Part shown: one piece after another, positions 57,322 through 64,000 of the stretch
How the letters are laid out: every line of letters starts with the position of its first letter
How positions within the stretch are numbered: position 1 is the first letter of the stretch
Source of the DNA: the human T2T-CHM13v2.0 reference genome, Homo sapiens
Assembly (NCBI RefSeq): GCF_009914755.1
Contig: NC_060926.1
DNA: 64,000 bases
Strand: one strand, 5' to 3'
The notes under the pieces: generated by a model
Databases searched by the model: none
Told to the model about the DNA's origin: nothing
The model's input: only the letters and a program-made list of their open reading frames with translations
Program-made: the position numbers and the translations under genes

Positions 57322-58560
57322 TCAACTGATTTTTGACAAGGGTGCCAAGACAATTCAATGGGTGAAAAATGGTCTTTTTTAAAAGTAGTGCTGGGACAAG
57401 TGGGAATTATTTGGATCCCTACCTCACACCATATACAAACATTAACTCAAAATGGATCAAAGAACTAAAAATCCCTCAAAGAAAACATACGTGCAAATCT
57501 TTGTGACTTTAGATGAGGCAATGGGTTCTTAGATATGACACTTAAAGCTCAAGCAATCAAGCAAAAAGCGATAAATTGCACTTTATTGAAATTAAAAACT
57601 TGTGTTTCAAATGGCACTATTAAGACAGTCTAAAAACAACATATGGAATGGAAGAAAATATTTACAAATCATACATCTGATAAAGATTTAGTGTCCAGAA
57701 TATGTGAAGAACCCTTACAACTCAACAACAACAAAAAAGACAACCCTATGTAAAAATTAGCAAAGGATCTGAATAGATATTTTTCCAAAGAGCATATACA
57801 AATGCCCGAAAGTATATGAAAAGATGATCAGCATAATCAATCATTAGGGAAATATAAATAAAAAATCACAGTGAAATACCATTTCACACCCACTAAGATG
57901 GCTATAATAAAAAACAAATAATAAAAAATATTGGCAAGGAGGTGAAAATTGGAATCCTTGTATATTACTAGTAGAAATATAAAATGATGCAGCTACCAAA
58001 ACAGTCTGACAGTTCCTCAAAAAGTCAAGTTATCATATGACCTAGCAATTTCACCCAAGAGATGTGAAAATATTATAGGCACACAAAAATTTCTACACAA
58101 ATGTTCATAGCAACATTATTCACAATAGCCAAAATGTGAAAATAACCCAATTCCATCAACTGATAAATGAATAAATAAAATGTGGTACATTCATACAACA
58201 GAATATCACAAGCCACACAATGGAATGAAATATTGATACATGCTATGACATGTATCAAGGACATGTTTTTAAGGATGAACCTTAAAAACAATATGCTAAG
58301 TGAAAACAGACACAAGAGGTCAAATATTGTATGAGTCAATTTATATGAAATATCTAGAATATGCAGTAAAAACATGAGTGGTTATCAGGGGCTGTGGAGA
58401 GGGGGAATAAGGAAAGACTGCTAACAGGCTGGAAGTTTCCTTCAGGGGATAAGAAAAAAGTGTTCTAAAATTAGATAGTGGTGATGGTTGCACAACCTTG
58501 TGAATATACTAAAAATCACTGGACCGTATGCTTTAAAAGGGTAAATTTTATCTCAATTTG
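57322..58560 (+). mobile_element. L1MB-like ORF2 end and 3' UTR fragment
   Basis: caactgatttttgacaagggtgccaag...tatacaaacattaactcaaaatggatc...gatagtggtgatggttgcacaac. Confidence 0.85.
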
Positions 58561-58719
58561 TATACACACAAAAGTAACATGACAGACTGGGAGGAAAATA
58601 GATTTTTTGTAAGTCAACACACAGGAGGAGAAAAGCATAAGGAAAAAAAGATCCTCTGAGTAACACTGATCTAGAGCAACCAGGCAGCCCATATCTGAAT
58701 CCCCACTACAGCCTTCTGA

Positions 58720-59217
<498 letters not shown>

Positions 59218-59283
59218 AACAAGCTGTTTTGTTAGAATAATGCCACTTCCTTAGGCCCTCAGCCAATCTACAGACAGCCCTCA

Positions 59284-59847
<564 letters not shown>

Positions 59848-60620
59848 TTATAAGAATGGCCCCAGGAAATGAATGAAATACTCCAGGCTTGGTCTGACTC
59901 ATGCAGAGTAGATCAGCACTATCACCTTCTATAATTCTATTAATGCAGCTAAACATTACATTCTTTTTGTCTTTTGGCACCCACATCATACTATACATGC
60001 ATTCTGAATTAACTGACCACTTAAATACCTAAGTCTTTTCCACTCATGCTGCTTTTAATCTCTGCCTCCCAAGAACTATGCTTGTAAAGTTGATTAGAAT
60101 AAAATTTCAAGTGTATGATCTTACCTTATTATTTCATTTCATTAGAATCAGTCCACTGCTCCAATTTATAAGAACCATTTTGGAGCCTGATTCTATGACT
60201 CAATGCAGTTACTACATCTTCCAACTTTATAAAGGCACATAATTGATAAATGTATCTTCTATTTCTTTAAACGAGTTATTTGTTAAATGTAAAATAACAT
60301 AAAATTAATGGTAAGCCACAATGCTTTCTTTTTAGAAAGTTTCCTCCAGATTAATATCAAACCACTTATCAGAAACCTTTATAACCAGTAGCAATCCAGC
60401 CTAGACTCTTCGTTTTGCTGACAGATGTCTGGTGAGTGTCCTTATCAAAACACCTGGCCAAAGTCCACAGATACTGGATCTACTGCACCGCACTGAGCTC
60501 TCTATCCAGACATCTTCCCAAAGGAGAACAGGATGTTGTTATGACATGGTTTGTTCTTATTGAACCTGAAGGCTCTCTGGACCTCTGCTTACTCATCCAA
60601 GTAACTATAAAACAGCTTAA

Positions 60621-61230
<610 letters not shown>

Positions 61231-61477
61231 GTCATTCATTTTTAAAGTGTGTAATATATTAACATTCAAATAGTTCATAATACTAGACAATTTTTTTCCT
61301 ACTCCAATCCCCATCCCCTATAGTGAACCACATTTATTGTTTCTTTCTTTCATGCTTCCTGTGTTTTTTTTTCAGGCAAATTCAAACAATTATGTATTAT
61401 GTATACACACACACACACACACACCCCAACTTTCTTACACAAAAGATATAATCAAAGCATCTTTGAAAATAATCTGT

Positions 61478-61727
61478 GTTCTCACTTATAAATGGGAGCT
61501 AAATGATGAGAACACATGGACACATAGCGGGTAACGACACACACTGGGGCCGGTGGGGGTGGTGGAGGGAGAGAGAGCATCAGGAAGAATAGCTAATGGA
61601 TGCTGGGCTTAATACCTAGGTGATGGGTTGTTATGTGCAGCAAACCACCATGGCACACATTTACCTATGTAACAAACCTGCACATCCTGTACATGTACCC
61701 TGGAACTTAAAAGTTGAAGAAAAAAAT
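61478..61727 (+). mobile_element. Older L1PA-type 3' end with TSD aaaataatctgt
   Basis: gttctcacttata...gagaacacatggacac...gcttaatacctaggtgatggg...acatgtaccctggaacttaaa; repeats at 61466-77 and 61728-39. Confidence 0.88.
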
Positions 61728-62499
61728 AAAATAATCTGTTTCAGATTCTTGTCCCAGAACAATCCTGAGCTTCCTACTGTACAGGATCTATCTTCCACCC
61801 TTTGTAGAATAAGAAACCATTTGCCTGCTTTGAATCATCTGATCTCTTCGAAGCAAATCCTCAAACATCACTGGTGGCAGCTTACTGTCCTCATTATCAA
61901 GCTCAATGAGGATGTAATCCATCTGGGCCAGGGGATGTGAACACAGAATAGCCTTGACACATCTGGAGCTGTAGCTATTTCCTATCACTGTTCTTACCCC
62001 TTTAGGTCTGAAGATAATTAATCTTTTCCTGCTTTCAGGCAAAGGGATCAGAAGTCCAAAACCTACCCTCCAAATGTCCATCAGAAGTCAGATCCCTTCG
62101 ACTCTATCAGAGCACACATCCCATATGGATCAAAGAACTCAGACAAGACTCCAGTACATGGTGGACAGCATTTATCAAAATAAAACGTGAAACCACTCAG
62201 TGAAACCGCTAACAGTTCTCTTTGCGTTTGGATGCAACGTGCCCGTTGTTCTGCCACTGGAAGTAGAGAGGAATCTGCTTCTTTGAGTATGAACACCCAA
62301 ACCTCAGCATATTACACAGCATGTTACATCTTCTGATTCCCTTCACAATTCTTAGAGTCACTGAGAGAGGTAGGGCTGGGGTTATGGCTTCTATCTGACA
62401 GAAGTCTGAGACTTAGTGGGCTTAAAAATGTTACATAGGACTTCAGATTTAAAACAGTAAGAAATTAAAAAAAAAGTGGGAAAATTCAGTCCATTTTAA

Positions 62500-64000
<1,501 letters not shown>

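Overview
Eukaryotic, Alu/L1-rich primate DNA, most likely human. The window lies inside AAK1 (AP2-associated kinase 1, NAK family) on the minus strand. Fourteen GT-AG coding exons between 54858 and 6295 splice into one continuous 2083-nt reading frame covering most of the kinase domain, the Gln/Pro/Ala-rich region and the start of the endocytic-motif tail. The start and stop codons lie outside the window. The introns contain about 30 Alus, several L1/L2/MaLR fragments, a 7SL pseudogene and an H/ACA snoRNA (SNORA36C-like) that is visibly a 3'-extended retrocopy with poly(A) and TSD. The most unexpected element is a ~1.5 kb GC-rich block (~8247-9747) nested in an old L1 fragment. It carries an unprocessed copy of the first coding exon of cornifelin (CNFN), with splice sites and flanking intron-like DNA, antisense to AAK1. 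Other oddities are a local DNA-level duplication of half an Alu plus its unique flank, a fold-back cluster at an LTR breakpoint, a pristine truncated AluY, a NAGNAG acceptor and several candidate alternative splicing/polyadenylation signals. Gene and family names and exon numbers come from my recall of reference sequences, not from a database search. Repeat boundaries are approximate.
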